A stretch of DNA of 64,000 nt from a virus. The first letter of the stretch is position 1, and the number at the start of each line of letters is the position of its first letter. The stretch is taken from the IMG/VR virus record IMGVR_UViG_3300017917_001839, positions 32,001-96,000 of that record; one strand, 5' to 3'. The notes beneath the pieces are model-generated. The model ran no database searches, had not been told where the DNA came from, and was given only the letters and a program-made list of their open reading frames with translations. Both the position numbers and the translations under genes were made by a program. This document shows, piece by piece, positions 1 through 8,792 of the stretch.

Positions 1-1
1 G

Positions 2-46
2 GCTGCTAAGGAATCAGCTGAGCAAAGTGCAGAATCTGCCGAATAA
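2..46 (+). CDS. 3' end of an upstream gene (partial, ...AAKESAEQSAESAE*)
   Basis: Open frame from the window edge to TAA at 44-46, followed by the RBS (GAGGA) of the next gene. Confidence 0.5.
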   Translation, partial: AAKESAEQSAESAE

Positions 47-57
47 GAGGATACTTT

Positions 58-669
58 ATGGCTACATTAATGAAACACGTTGGTAAGTTTGGAGAAAAAC
101 CTTGTGTGGTTGTCTTCCGCGAACTTCCCGGCGAACAAGAGTACTGTTTGATTGTTCAAACAGACAACCTAGATAGTAGACAGCACGATGACCTAATGAA
201 TGTTATTCAAAGTGCTGAAGCTCAAACATCTAATGATATTAGTCAAGTGCTACATCGTAGACAGTTCACTGACGGAAGTAACATGCTTAGTACACTACAC
301 TATGCAAAAAAGCTTCAGAAGGTACCTGTTAGCCATGTAAGTCTAACACCTATCCCAGGTCAAAGTATTCCACTAGCAGATGTAAATGTAGAAATTCGCA
401 AGATTGATGGTGGCTATGTACCACCAAAGACCGAGCAACCTACCGAGCAAGTACGAGTTACAACAAAGGAAGTCGAAGGCACACTAGCCAACGAAGCCGA
501 AGACACCAGCGAAAGTGGTGTAGCAAAAAATCTTCTTGCACAGGCTCAGCTTATGGAAGATGATGCTAAACAACTACTAGCAGAAGCAGAAGCAAAGAAA
601 GCTGAAGCCTACAAGCTAGATCCAACGTTGCGTGGCCCAGGCAGGCCAAAGAAGGCTAAAACAAACTAA
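58..669 (+). CDS. Hypothetical phage protein, 203 aa, with C-terminal coiled coil and basic GPGRPKK (AT-hook-like) tail
   Basis: ORF with RBS gaggatactttATG; motif read from the translation. Confidence 0.75.
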   Translation: MATLMKHVGKFGEKPCVVVFRELPGEQEYCLIVQTDNLDSRQHDDLMNVIQSAEAQTSNDISQVLHRRQFTDGSNMLSTLHYAKKLQKVPVSHVSLTPIPGQSIPLADVNVEIRKIDGGYVPPKTEQPTEQVRVTTKEVEGTLANEAEDTSESGVAKNLLAQAQLMEDDAKQLLAEAEAKKAEAYKLDPTLRGPGRPKKAKTN

Positions 670-681
670 AAGGAGTCCTTT

Positions 682-1014
682 GTGTCTCATGTACCACGTG
701 TGGTACTGTTGGGAAAAAACTCTGGTTCTAACACAGAAAAAACACAAAAGATCCTTTCAAGTATAGACCCATCTGAAATACCTGGCGAGTTTTTGTATTC
801 TGTATTCGTAACTTCTACCAACGGTACTAGATACCAATTAGATAAAAAAATTATAAAAAGAGGCATTAGCTACAAACACATAGACGAAAGCATTCGAAAA
901 CTAAACATTAAAGAACCAATTGATGTTATTGAGATTGTGATCGATTTAAGTAAAGTTCAATCAAAACTAGATGAACAAAGCGCAGAATATTTGAATAAGT
1001 TCTTTGATAATTAA
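682..1014 (+). CDS. Hypothetical protein, 110 aa (GTG start)
   Basis: RBS aggagtcctttGTG; followed by a terminator. Confidence 0.7.
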   Translation: MSHVPRVVLLGKNSGSNTEKTQKILSSIDPSEIPGEFLYSVFVTSTNGTRYQLDKKIIKRGISYKHIDESIRKLNIKEPIDVIEIVIDLSKVQSKLDEQSAEYLNKFFDN

Positions 1015-1022
1015 ACCCTTAT

Positions 1023-1049
1023 AAGGTGCCTCCGGGCACCTTTTTTTTT
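1023..1049 (+). terminator. Rho-independent terminator
   Basis: Hairpin AAGGTGCC-tccg-GGCACCTT running into a T tract that ends at 1049. Confidence 0.9.
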
Positions 1050-1059
1050 GGTTTAATAC

Positions 1060-1087
1060 TTGACAAAAACCTTGTTTGTGTTATACT
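1060..1087 (+). promoter_or_regulatory. Sigma70-type (early) promoter
   Basis: TTGACA (1060-1065), 16-nt spacer, extended -10 TGnTATACT (hexamer 1082-1087); ATG at 1094. Confidence 0.8.
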
Positions 1088-1093
1088 AATAAT

Positions 1094-1534
1094 ATGAGCT
1101 ATTACCTTTTCCTAGACGATGAGCGTAACCCAAATCAAGTTACTTGGGTAAACATTCCACGTGACCGCATATACGAAGTTGTTCGCAACTACGACCAATT
1201 TGTACAGCATGTTACACAAAAAGGTTTACCTGCTTACGTTACATTCGATCATGATCTAGCTGATGCACATTATGCAGCCATGCTAAAGGAAAACCAATCC
1301 GCTGATAACAAGTTTACAATTTGGATGCCTGGAGACGATGATAATGTAGGAATGAATATCACTGTTGACTATGGTCCTGAAAAGACCGGATACGATTGTG
1401 CTAAGTGGCTTGTTGACTATTGTGCAGATAACGGACTTAAGTTTCCTGCTTATGCTGTGCATTCGCTCAACCCAATTGGTGGCAAGCGCATCAACGATTA
1501 TATCATTAACGCAAAACAACACTTGGATATCTAA
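1094..1534 (+). CDS. Cyclic-phosphate-processing receiver-domain (cREC-like) protein
   Basis: Motifs LFLDDER, TFDHDL, TGYDCAKWL, VHSLNPIG. Start moved from TTG 1076, which lies inside the promoter, to ATG 1094. Confidence 0.75.
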   Translation: MSYYLFLDDERNPNQVTWVNIPRDRIYEVVRNYDQFVQHVTQKGLPAYVTFDHDLADAHYAAMLKENQSADNKFTIWMPGDDDNVGMNITVDYGPEKTGYDCAKWLVDYCADNGLKFPAYAVHSLNPIGGKRINDYIINAKQHLDI

Positions 1535-4060
1535 ATGCGAACACAAGCTGTAATTCTTAGTTCTGTTCTTCTTACTGCATGCGCAGGAGGTGGAGGTACA
1601 GTTAACACTAATTCGTCTGTTACTGTTCCACCGGTGGCAGCGCCTACTTCTGCACCTGCCCCAGTTGAAACCGATAATAGGATTAAGTTTGAACCTATTA
1701 CATTTAAAGAAACCCTAGCCAAGTACGGCGATACTGAAGTAACATATTCTGTTAGTTCTTTTCAGCCTAGCACAAATTTTGATCGTACTGACAAATACAA
1801 GATCGCCGATTTTGGTTTCTTTACTGCTACTGTAAAAGGAAAGCATACAGGTGCGTTTGAAGATCCAAACGAACCAATCCGTGCAGGTGTCTGGGAACCT
1901 AGTTATCAAATTTACGAAGCTGATATTAACGGCGACGGACACAAAGACTTTTATGCTGTAGAGTATATTCAAGGTGCTCGCGATGATGCACCAAAGTCTA
2001 GACTGCTACCATTTATCAATGACGGTAAAGGTCACTTTAAACTGTCACCAGAATCATTTGCAGATGGCAAGTTTGGTTGCATTGCATCGGGTAATCAATT
2101 AGGTAGTGCAGACATTAACAACCAATGTGGTTACTACAAGAGTCTAATCCGACATCCAGTTGTAGCTGATCTAGACGGTGACGGTCGTTCTGATTTCTTT
2201 TGGCCTACGCTGTTATATCTTAGCAAAGGTGGCGCACTACAAAATGCCAGCAATACACTGCCTACAGAATTCTTTAAACAGCCGCATATTGGTCCTACGT
2301 TTGTACACGACCTAGCCAGCGGTGATGTTGACGGCAATAAAAGCATCGATATCTTTGTTCCACTGTTTGGTACTACCAAGGCTGGCTACAAGTTAGATGG
2401 TTCAAAAGATCCGTGTAGTATTTGCAATCAGCCATTGCCATGGGTAATGCTATTAAACGACGGCAAGGGAAACTTTACAACAAATACTAATTTCCCAACT
2501 ATGCCAATCCTACAACAAAACCAATCCATTAATCTTTGGGCGTCTACCGCTACTATTGCAGATTTTGACGGTGATGGTAAAGGCGATGTTGCAGTGGGTT
2601 GGGCCAATCCCGGTAATGCAGAACACTTTGGCTATGTTAAAAACAGCGCCGGTATGGTATACTACAATGACGGCAAAAATGATTGGCGTGTACGTAAACC
2701 CAGTGAGCTACCTGCTAACTGGTATGGCGCTAATGGTCGTGCCAACGATATTGTAGCAATTGACTTTGACGGCGACGGTAAGATCGATATTGCATTAGCC
2801 AGCACACAAAGCAATCCATACTACGTAGGGCGTATGGTGCAAATCTTTAAAAACGTTAACGGCACTTCGTTTGTTGATGTAACCAAAGATGTTAATAACA
2901 ACACCAAATACGAACTTGGCAATGGTACGCCATGGTGGAATGGCGAAGGTCTACTTACTGTAGTAGACTTTAACAAGGACGGTAAGCCTGACATTGTTGA
3001 CAGTAACTATAACACCTACGTGCTAATTAACGAAGGTGGTAAGTTCAAGCTCGTTGACAACTTTCCCAAAGTTGGAGGCGGTCCAAAGGGACAAGCACAC
3101 GGCGCTCTTTATCCTGTAGAGATTGACGGCAAATGGGACTACGACTTTATTGCGTATAAGTTTGATGAAGGCACTGATACTGGTACTGCTACAATGTACC
3201 AAGTACTAGATCCGCCAGCGGGTACTGTTCCTGGTTTGTATGATATTATGCTTGACGACTTTACTCGTAAGCCATCAACATACACAACAATGGCAGCACT
3301 GGCTAATCGTGCGTATACAGACTTGTTCTACTACAGTCGCTGGAATACTAATAACGCTCGTGTGTTTAGCACATACAATAATGGTGTAACCACAGTAGGT
3401 GGTACATTTGGAGGCCGGGACGCAGGACTTACTGTGCTAAACGCTAAGTCATCAAACGTATCTCCTACAAGCGTATTTACTGGTGATACTGATGCTATTG
3501 GCTTTTATGCTAATCGTGGTAAACTGTTTACAATGTTTGGTTATAGTCATAGCAAACTAGCTGGTAGTATCGATTCTGAGTTCTTTGGTACTGCTCGTAG
3601 TAACACCACTGCTGATACATTTGGTGCAGAACTATCCTATAAGGATGAACTAGGTAAGTTTAGCTACAGCATTGGTTCACGCTATAACAGCACTGTGGTA
3701 AAGGGCTTCCTTGAACAAGGCGCGGATGTTAATTTGCGTGTAGCCGATCAGCATTACAATTCAGCTAACCTTGTTGCTACGCTTGGTTATTTTGATTGGA
3801 TTACTTACAAGGGTACACGATTCTTTTATGGTGCTGATGTAGAATACTTGCGCTACTTTTACTCAAGCGGCAATGATGTGCGTGTATCCACAGGCGGAAC
3901 ATTTACATCAGTTAAAGGTGTTAATCGTTTAAATAAGGATGGTGCCGCAGTATCGCTTAACGCAGGTGCATGGTTGAACCCAAATACAAACGTACTGCTA
4001 TCAGTTACTAATGCTACAAAGGATCCATCCTATACAGTAGCACTAGGCTACCGTTTTTAA
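1535..4060 (+). CDS. Lipidated FG-GAP/VCBS-repeat protein with C-terminal autotransporter-like beta-barrel, 841 aa
   Basis: Lipobox LLTAC followed by AGGGG; seven DxDGDG-like motifs; alternating beta-strand pattern in the C-terminal ~250 aa ending YTVALGYRF. Confidence 0.75.
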   Translation: MRTQAVILSSVLLTACAGGGGTVNTNSSVTVPPVAAPTSAPAPVETDNRIKFEPITFKETLAKYGDTEVTYSVSSFQPSTNFDRTDKYKIADFGFFTATVKGKHTGAFEDPNEPIRAGVWEPSYQIYEADINGDGHKDFYAVEYIQGARDDAPKSRLLPFINDGKGHFKLSPESFADGKFGCIASGNQLGSADINNQCGYYKSLIRHPVVADLDGDGRSDFFWPTLLYLSKGGALQNASNTLPTEFFKQPHIGPTFVHDLASGDVDGNKSIDIFVPLFGTTKAGYKLDGSKDPCSICNQPLPWVMLLNDGKGNFTTNTNFPTMPILQQNQSINLWASTATIADFDGDGKGDVAVGWANPGNAEHFGYVKNSAGMVYYNDGKNDWRVRKPSELPANWYGANGRANDIVAIDFDGDGKIDIALASTQSNPYYVGRMVQIFKNVNGTSFVDVTKDVNNNTKYELGNGTPWWNGEGLLTVVDFNKDGKPDIVDSNYNTYVLINEGGKFKLVDNFPKVGGGPKGQAHGALYPVEIDGKWDYDFIAYKFDEGTDTGTATMYQVLDPPAGTVPGLYDIMLDDFTRKPSTYTTMAALANRAYTDLFYYSRWNTNNARVFSTYNNGVTTVGGTFGGRDAGLTVLNAKSSNVSPTSVFTGDTDAIGFYANRGKLFTMFGYSHSKLAGSIDSEFFGTARSNTTADTFGAELSYKDELGKFSYSIGSRYNSTVVKGFLEQGADVNLRVADQHYNSANLVATLGYFDWITYKGTRFFYGADVEYLRYFYSSGNDVRVSTGGTFTSVKGVNRLNKDGAAVSLNAGAWLNPNTNVLLSVTNATKDPSYTVALGYRF

Positions 4061-4749
4061 CGATAACCAATCTGCATAAATCTTGTGTACGCAGGTGTTC
4101 GCATAATGCCTGCGTACATTCTTTTATGCATAGGATACTTGCTAAACATTTCTTCAATGCTCTTGCAAGTGTTGATATGACCCATATAGCCTTCGCTGTC
4201 GTTGGTCTGCATAGCAATTAGTTGGCTGCTATCAGCTGTTTCAAACCAATGTGTGTCCATGTGTTCGCAACTGGTATTGATAACAATATCAGGTGTAGTT
4301 TGGATCAACTCTCCACCAGTTTCAAATAACATGTTGCTGGTGCATAGTGTGCTTGCATCAGCAACAACACCTTTAAACTTCCAACCATCTTGTACATAAC
4401 GCTGATTGAAACGTTCAGCTAAGTTGATAGCATCTGGACTAACATCAATACCGTATACACGTTCAATGTCTGCGATATTAAACAAGGGCTGTACAATGCT
4501 GCCTACCCAACAACCCAGTAGTGCTACAGTATATGTTTTGTTATACTCACTGGCTTTGAATAGCTTTTCCAGCAACCAGCTCTTACTGGCTAGCTGTCCT
4601 TTGCTGAATGCATCTCTAGGATAGCCACCATAGATGGCACGTTCGAAATAGCTGGGAGGCATAGCAACAAAACTGCTTTCGCTGTCAATGTATGCTTCCA
4701 CCTTTGCCCAGGTATTAATGTTGATTGTATCTATCTCGCAGCCACTCAT
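4057..4749 (-). CDS. Class I SAM-dependent methyltransferase-like protein
   Basis: Motif I-like LLGCWVG, acidic GIDVS, and DIVINTSCEH; start uncertain. Confidence 0.6.
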   Translation of the reverse strand: MSGCEIDTININTWAKVEAYIDSESSFVAMPPSYFERAIYGGYPRDAFSKGQLASKSWLLEKLFKASEYNKTYTVALLGCWVGSIVQPLFNIADIERVYGIDVSPDAINLAERFNQRYVQDGWKFKGVVADASTLCTSNMLFETGGELIQTTPDIVINTSCEHMDTHWFETADSSQLIAMQTNDSEGYMGHINTCKSIEEMFSKYPMHKRMYAGIMRTPAYTRFMQIGYR

Positions 4750-7700
4750 AATCGTTTATCCTTGATAATGCTTCTACGTCATTGCGGTTAGCCTGTGCAT
4801 AAGCACGACCTTCTTCTGCGCCTCGTATAGCTTCTTGTCTAAAGAAAGCTGTTGGTAGAGGTTGTAACCAGCCCTCTAATCTTTCTTGACTCTCAGTATC
4901 ATCCTTTAGTGCGAGCTTAACACACTCTCGGAATGCACTACGCCATGTGCTATAACCGTCGCTGTTAAATTTAGTTATACAACTTACTTCGGGCATTGAT
5001 TTGAATCTGGTACTTAGTCCTGTGGTAAAGTCTAATCCCCAACTCGTAGCGTCAAGTACTTGTTCGCGATTGAACAGTTTAACACCACCATAACCATATT
5101 CTTGTCCAGTTACTGGGTTACGGCTAGCCCAAACGTGTACTACTTCTTGGTCGTAAACGTCTGGTATGTAATCAAAGTTAAATGTATCTTCAATCCATGC
5201 ATCAGCATCTACTACCCAAAACATCTTGCTGTTAACGCTACTAGCAGCCTCTTTGTGCGCTTCAAATATACCTGCTATATCTTTTACCCAGGTAGCAGGG
5301 AAACGTGCTGTAAGACGCTTATATGTGTTCTCAGCACCCGGTTCGTGGTAAGATAGGAACACAATATCGTAAGGTTTATAAGTTGAGCCAGGTGCTTTTA
5401 CATATTGTATATTTTTGATCTTATTTAGACGTAAGCTGTCTGTGGTTACTTCTCTGTAGTCGCGAGCAGTTGGCCATAATCTTAATCCGCCGTAGCTGTG
5501 TGTTTTACCAGTGTGCGGATTTAAACGCTGCCATACATGCACACGATCAATATCAGTTAGTGATGGAAGGTAACCTGCGTCCAGAACGCTAGTATCTACA
5601 CTAACATCAGGGTCGACAGTCCACAGGAATGGTATCCCCTGATTAACGGATTCCTGTAGAGCATTCACCAGTTCAGCTTTTGTGACATCACTGAGATGTA
5701 CTACTGGCCAACGTGGACGCAAGCTACCTACAGTATTTATTTGCTTTAGCTTGTCAAAACTGTTATTGGCTATATCTTCTAGTGTATATGTCTTAGCAAA
5801 TGTTCCCCGAGGATACAGTCGTATATTTCTATATGCGCCATCTTCATCAGCAAACACATGAACGTTTTGTTGATCCCATTGTGTAGGATAGTAATCAAAC
5901 TTAAACGTATCATTTACTTGTGTAAAAGGATCCACAACCCAATACATGGAATTCGTCACAGTACTGTCTATGTGTGTAAGTTGTTCAACGATATCAAGTT
6001 GTGGATCTAAATAAAATACAGGAAACTCTTTTTGTGTACACGCGGCTTCGCGAATGTACTTAGGGCGTCCTTTGGCTTGTGGTACCTTAGGGCATAGCAT
6101 AACGCCAGCATAGTCGTATTGACGTCCGGTAACAGGATTTAGTTTTTGCCATACGTGTGTCTTACCAGCGTCCCAAACCTTAGGTACATAATCTAGCTTA
6201 AAGTCAGGCAATAGTTCTACGTTAGGATCTACTACCCAGAACCAACCGGTAGTAGCTTTAGCTCGTCCTGTTTCTTCATCGGGGTATACATCAAATGTTA
6301 GGTTGTCACCAAATGGTGTGATATCATGTATCTTAGTTTTGGCGCCGCGCCAGTTTGCAGGAACCCAGTACACACCACCCATTGCTTCTGGATACTTGTG
6401 CTCTAGCTGTCCTCTAACTTGGTATACATGTACCATGTTCTTTTCTGTTTCGTTCTGCCATGGTATTACTGAAATGTTTTCATTCAATACATATTCTTTA
6501 TCTACTAACCAGCAGTCTTCTGTAACAGTGCTAAAATCTTTAGGATCGTCTACAAAGTATACAGGATACCCATTGCCAGTTAACAATAACGGCTTGTCTT
6601 GAACTTTAAGCTGTGCATTGCTACGATCAGCTGGATACCAATAAAGGCCGCCCATGCTTTCAGTATACTTGCTGGTTAACTGACCATACACATGGAACAC
6701 ATGTATCTTGTCACGATCGTATTCTGGTGGTACCCAGTTAATAGGTGGCTTGATTCTATACAGCGAGTCTGCTACCCAACAGTTTTCATAAGTGTCGGGT
6801 GCTACTGTAGGATCGTCTGCAAAGTATACAGGATACTGCTTTTCTACTCGCAGATATTCTTTGTGTATTACATACTCGCCATTCCACTTAGCAGGAACCC
6901 AACGCATACCACCCATTTCAGCAGGATACTTATCGCGTAACTGATTGGCTACATGAAACACATGTATAGCTTCACGTTGGAAGTACGGAGGATTCCAATC
7001 AATAGTTTCGTCTACTTCGTAGCCCTTGTCAATTAGCCAACAATCATTTTTAACCACAGATAGGTCTTCAACATTGCCGACTCGCAGTACAGGATATACT
7101 AGGTTAGTTGTTACTGCATCGTTGTGTATTACATAGTTGCCATCCCAGTCCAGTGGTACCCAACGAACACCACCCATTTCTTCTGGGTACTTGTGTTGTA
7201 GTTGGCCAGGTACGTGGAATGTGTGTATACTGCTACGCTCAAAGCTGTTAGGTGCCCAGTCAATGTCGCTGCTGATTTGATATTCTTTATCTACTAGCCA
7301 GCAGTCTTCAGTTACCTTGCTCAAGTCATCTACGCTGTCTACACGTATTACAGGGAATCGTTTGAACTCAGATTGCAACGAACCCTTGTATTTTATTTGT
7401 GTTTGGCTGTCATAGTTGCGTGGTACAAGATAAACGCCGCCTTCCTTTTCAGGATACTTGTGGCGCAGTTGATTGTTAACTTGATAGTTGAGTATATACT
7501 TCTGCTCATGCTTGGGCACTACCACCTTAAAGTCGTTGCGTAGTTGATACTCGCTGTCAATTACCCAAAACATTTTGGTTGTGCTTTTACGTGCGTAAGT
7601 TTCAAACTGCTTTACATTATTTGCGTAAAAGATATCGTAACGTACAGGCACTACATTGGGCTGATACTTGTGTTTGGTCATATCAAAGTTCTTATTAACC

Positions 7701-8791
7701 AAACGCACACCACCACAACGGTTGTCCCATGGTTGTGTTGCTGTAACTGGATAACGCTCTTCTAGCATACCAGGAACTTTAAACACATGTATGTATTCTT
7801 GCTCGTGGGCAGCAGGAACGTACAATAGTTCACCGTTAAAGTCGTATTCTCTGTCCACTACCCAGAACCAATCAGTCTTGCTACGGTTAGCTAGGTCTGC
7901 GTATGTTTCTTCGTTGAACTCATCATCGCTAATATAAAACACATCATACTTTTCATCCTTAACTGGACAACTAGGATGTATCTTTAGTTCTGCAGATTTC
8001 CAATTGCGTGGTACTAAGCGTATGCCGCCCATTGCTTGTGGATACTTCTCGCCCAACTGATAGGGCATGCGAAAGCTGTGTACGTATTTGCGTTCAAACG
8101 GATTAGGTACCCAATCTAATGTGCTGGGATTGATACTGTGTTCTCGGTCTATCAACCACACGTATTCATCATCAAAAATGTCACGCTGTGCATAATCTTC
8201 GACACTAGTAACTCGCAGAACAGGATATTCAATCCCAGCATCTAGGAATGTGTGATATTTAATTTTAGCAGATTGCCAATCACGTGGATATAGCTTGATA
8301 CCGCCTTCTTTTTCAGGGTACTTGTGTTCCAGCTGATCACGTAAGTGGAAGCTGTGAATAAACGTAGGCTCAAAGTTATCTGGTGCCCAGTCAATGTCGC
8401 TGTTTAGTTTATACTCAGGATCAACACACCATACGTGAGTAGCGTATGGGTGTGTATTAAAGTAATCCAGTGGTGTAGGTGTATGCAGTATGTCAAAGCT
8501 CTTGCGACACACTACACGATTAATCTCTTTGGTGCCTTTAGCACTTACACGTGGTAATAGTTTAACACCACCATAGTTCTTGCTACTCCACTTCCATACA
8601 TGCTCGTATACTTGATCATGATCCGGTGGACGGTATTCAAAAACAGTTAGATCCGTAATTTCAATGTTTGGTTCTACTAGCCAATACATCTTAGTACGTG
8701 AATTAATGCTGTCGTTGGCAGTTACAGGTGTTGCGAACGGCAACGCCTCTTTTAGCTTTGTGTTTTCACCAATGTAGTAAACATCAAACAT
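4715..8791 (-). CDS. 1358-aa protein of 13 tandem glycosyltransferase-like modules; the last module looks like a complete GT-A domain
   Basis: Repeating W(L/V)(V/I)D..WxP..H(V/S)F..GG(V/I)xLxP units; last module (SYHEPGAE..AHKEAA..VDAD..FRECVK) parallels the 29301-30299 protein. Confidence 0.7.
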   Translation of the reverse strand: MFDVYYIGENTKLKEALPFATPVTANDSINSRTKMYWLVEPNIEITDLTVFEYRPPDHDQVYEHVWKWSSKNYGGVKLLPRVSAKGTKEINRVVCRKSFDILHTPTPLDYFNTHPYATHVWCVDPEYKLNSDIDWAPDNFEPTFIHSFHLRDQLEHKYPEKEGGIKLYPRDWQSAKIKYHTFLDAGIEYPVLRVTSVEDYAQRDIFDDEYVWLIDREHSINPSTLDWVPNPFERKYVHSFRMPYQLGEKYPQAMGGIRLVPRNWKSAELKIHPSCPVKDEKYDVFYISDDEFNEETYADLANRSKTDWFWVVDREYDFNGELLYVPAAHEQEYIHVFKVPGMLEERYPVTATQPWDNRCGGVRLVNKNFDMTKHKYQPNVVPVRYDIFYANNVKQFETYARKSTTKMFWVIDSEYQLRNDFKVVVPKHEQKYILNYQVNNQLRHKYPEKEGGVYLVPRNYDSQTQIKYKGSLQSEFKRFPVIRVDSVDDLSKVTEDCWLVDKEYQISSDIDWAPNSFERSSIHTFHVPGQLQHKYPEEMGGVRWVPLDWDGNYVIHNDAVTTNLVYPVLRVGNVEDLSVVKNDCWLIDKGYEVDETIDWNPPYFQREAIHVFHVANQLRDKYPAEMGGMRWVPAKWNGEYVIHKEYLRVEKQYPVYFADDPTVAPDTYENCWVADSLYRIKPPINWVPPEYDRDKIHVFHVYGQLTSKYTESMGGLYWYPADRSNAQLKVQDKPLLLTGNGYPVYFVDDPKDFSTVTEDCWLVDKEYVLNENISVIPWQNETEKNMVHVYQVRGQLEHKYPEAMGGVYWVPANWRGAKTKIHDITPFGDNLTFDVYPDEETGRAKATTGWFWVVDPNVELLPDFKLDYVPKVWDAGKTHVWQKLNPVTGRQYDYAGVMLCPKVPQAKGRPKYIREAACTQKEFPVFYLDPQLDIVEQLTHIDSTVTNSMYWVVDPFTQVNDTFKFDYYPTQWDQQNVHVFADEDGAYRNIRLYPRGTFAKTYTLEDIANNSFDKLKQINTVGSLRPRWPVVHLSDVTKAELVNALQESVNQGIPFLWTVDPDVSVDTSVLDAGYLPSLTDIDRVHVWQRLNPHTGKTHSYGGLRLWPTARDYREVTTDSLRLNKIKNIQYVKAPGSTYKPYDIVFLSYHEPGAENTYKRLTARFPATWVKDIAGIFEAHKEAASSVNSKMFWVVDADAWIEDTFNFDYIPDVYDQEVVHVWASRNPVTGQEYGYGGVKLFNREQVLDATSWGLDFTTGLSTRFKSMPEVSCITKFNSDGYSTWRSAFRECVKLALKDDTESQERLEGWLQPLPTAFFRQEAIRGAEEGRAYAQANRNDVEALSRINDYEWLRDRYNQH

Positions 8792-8792
8792 G

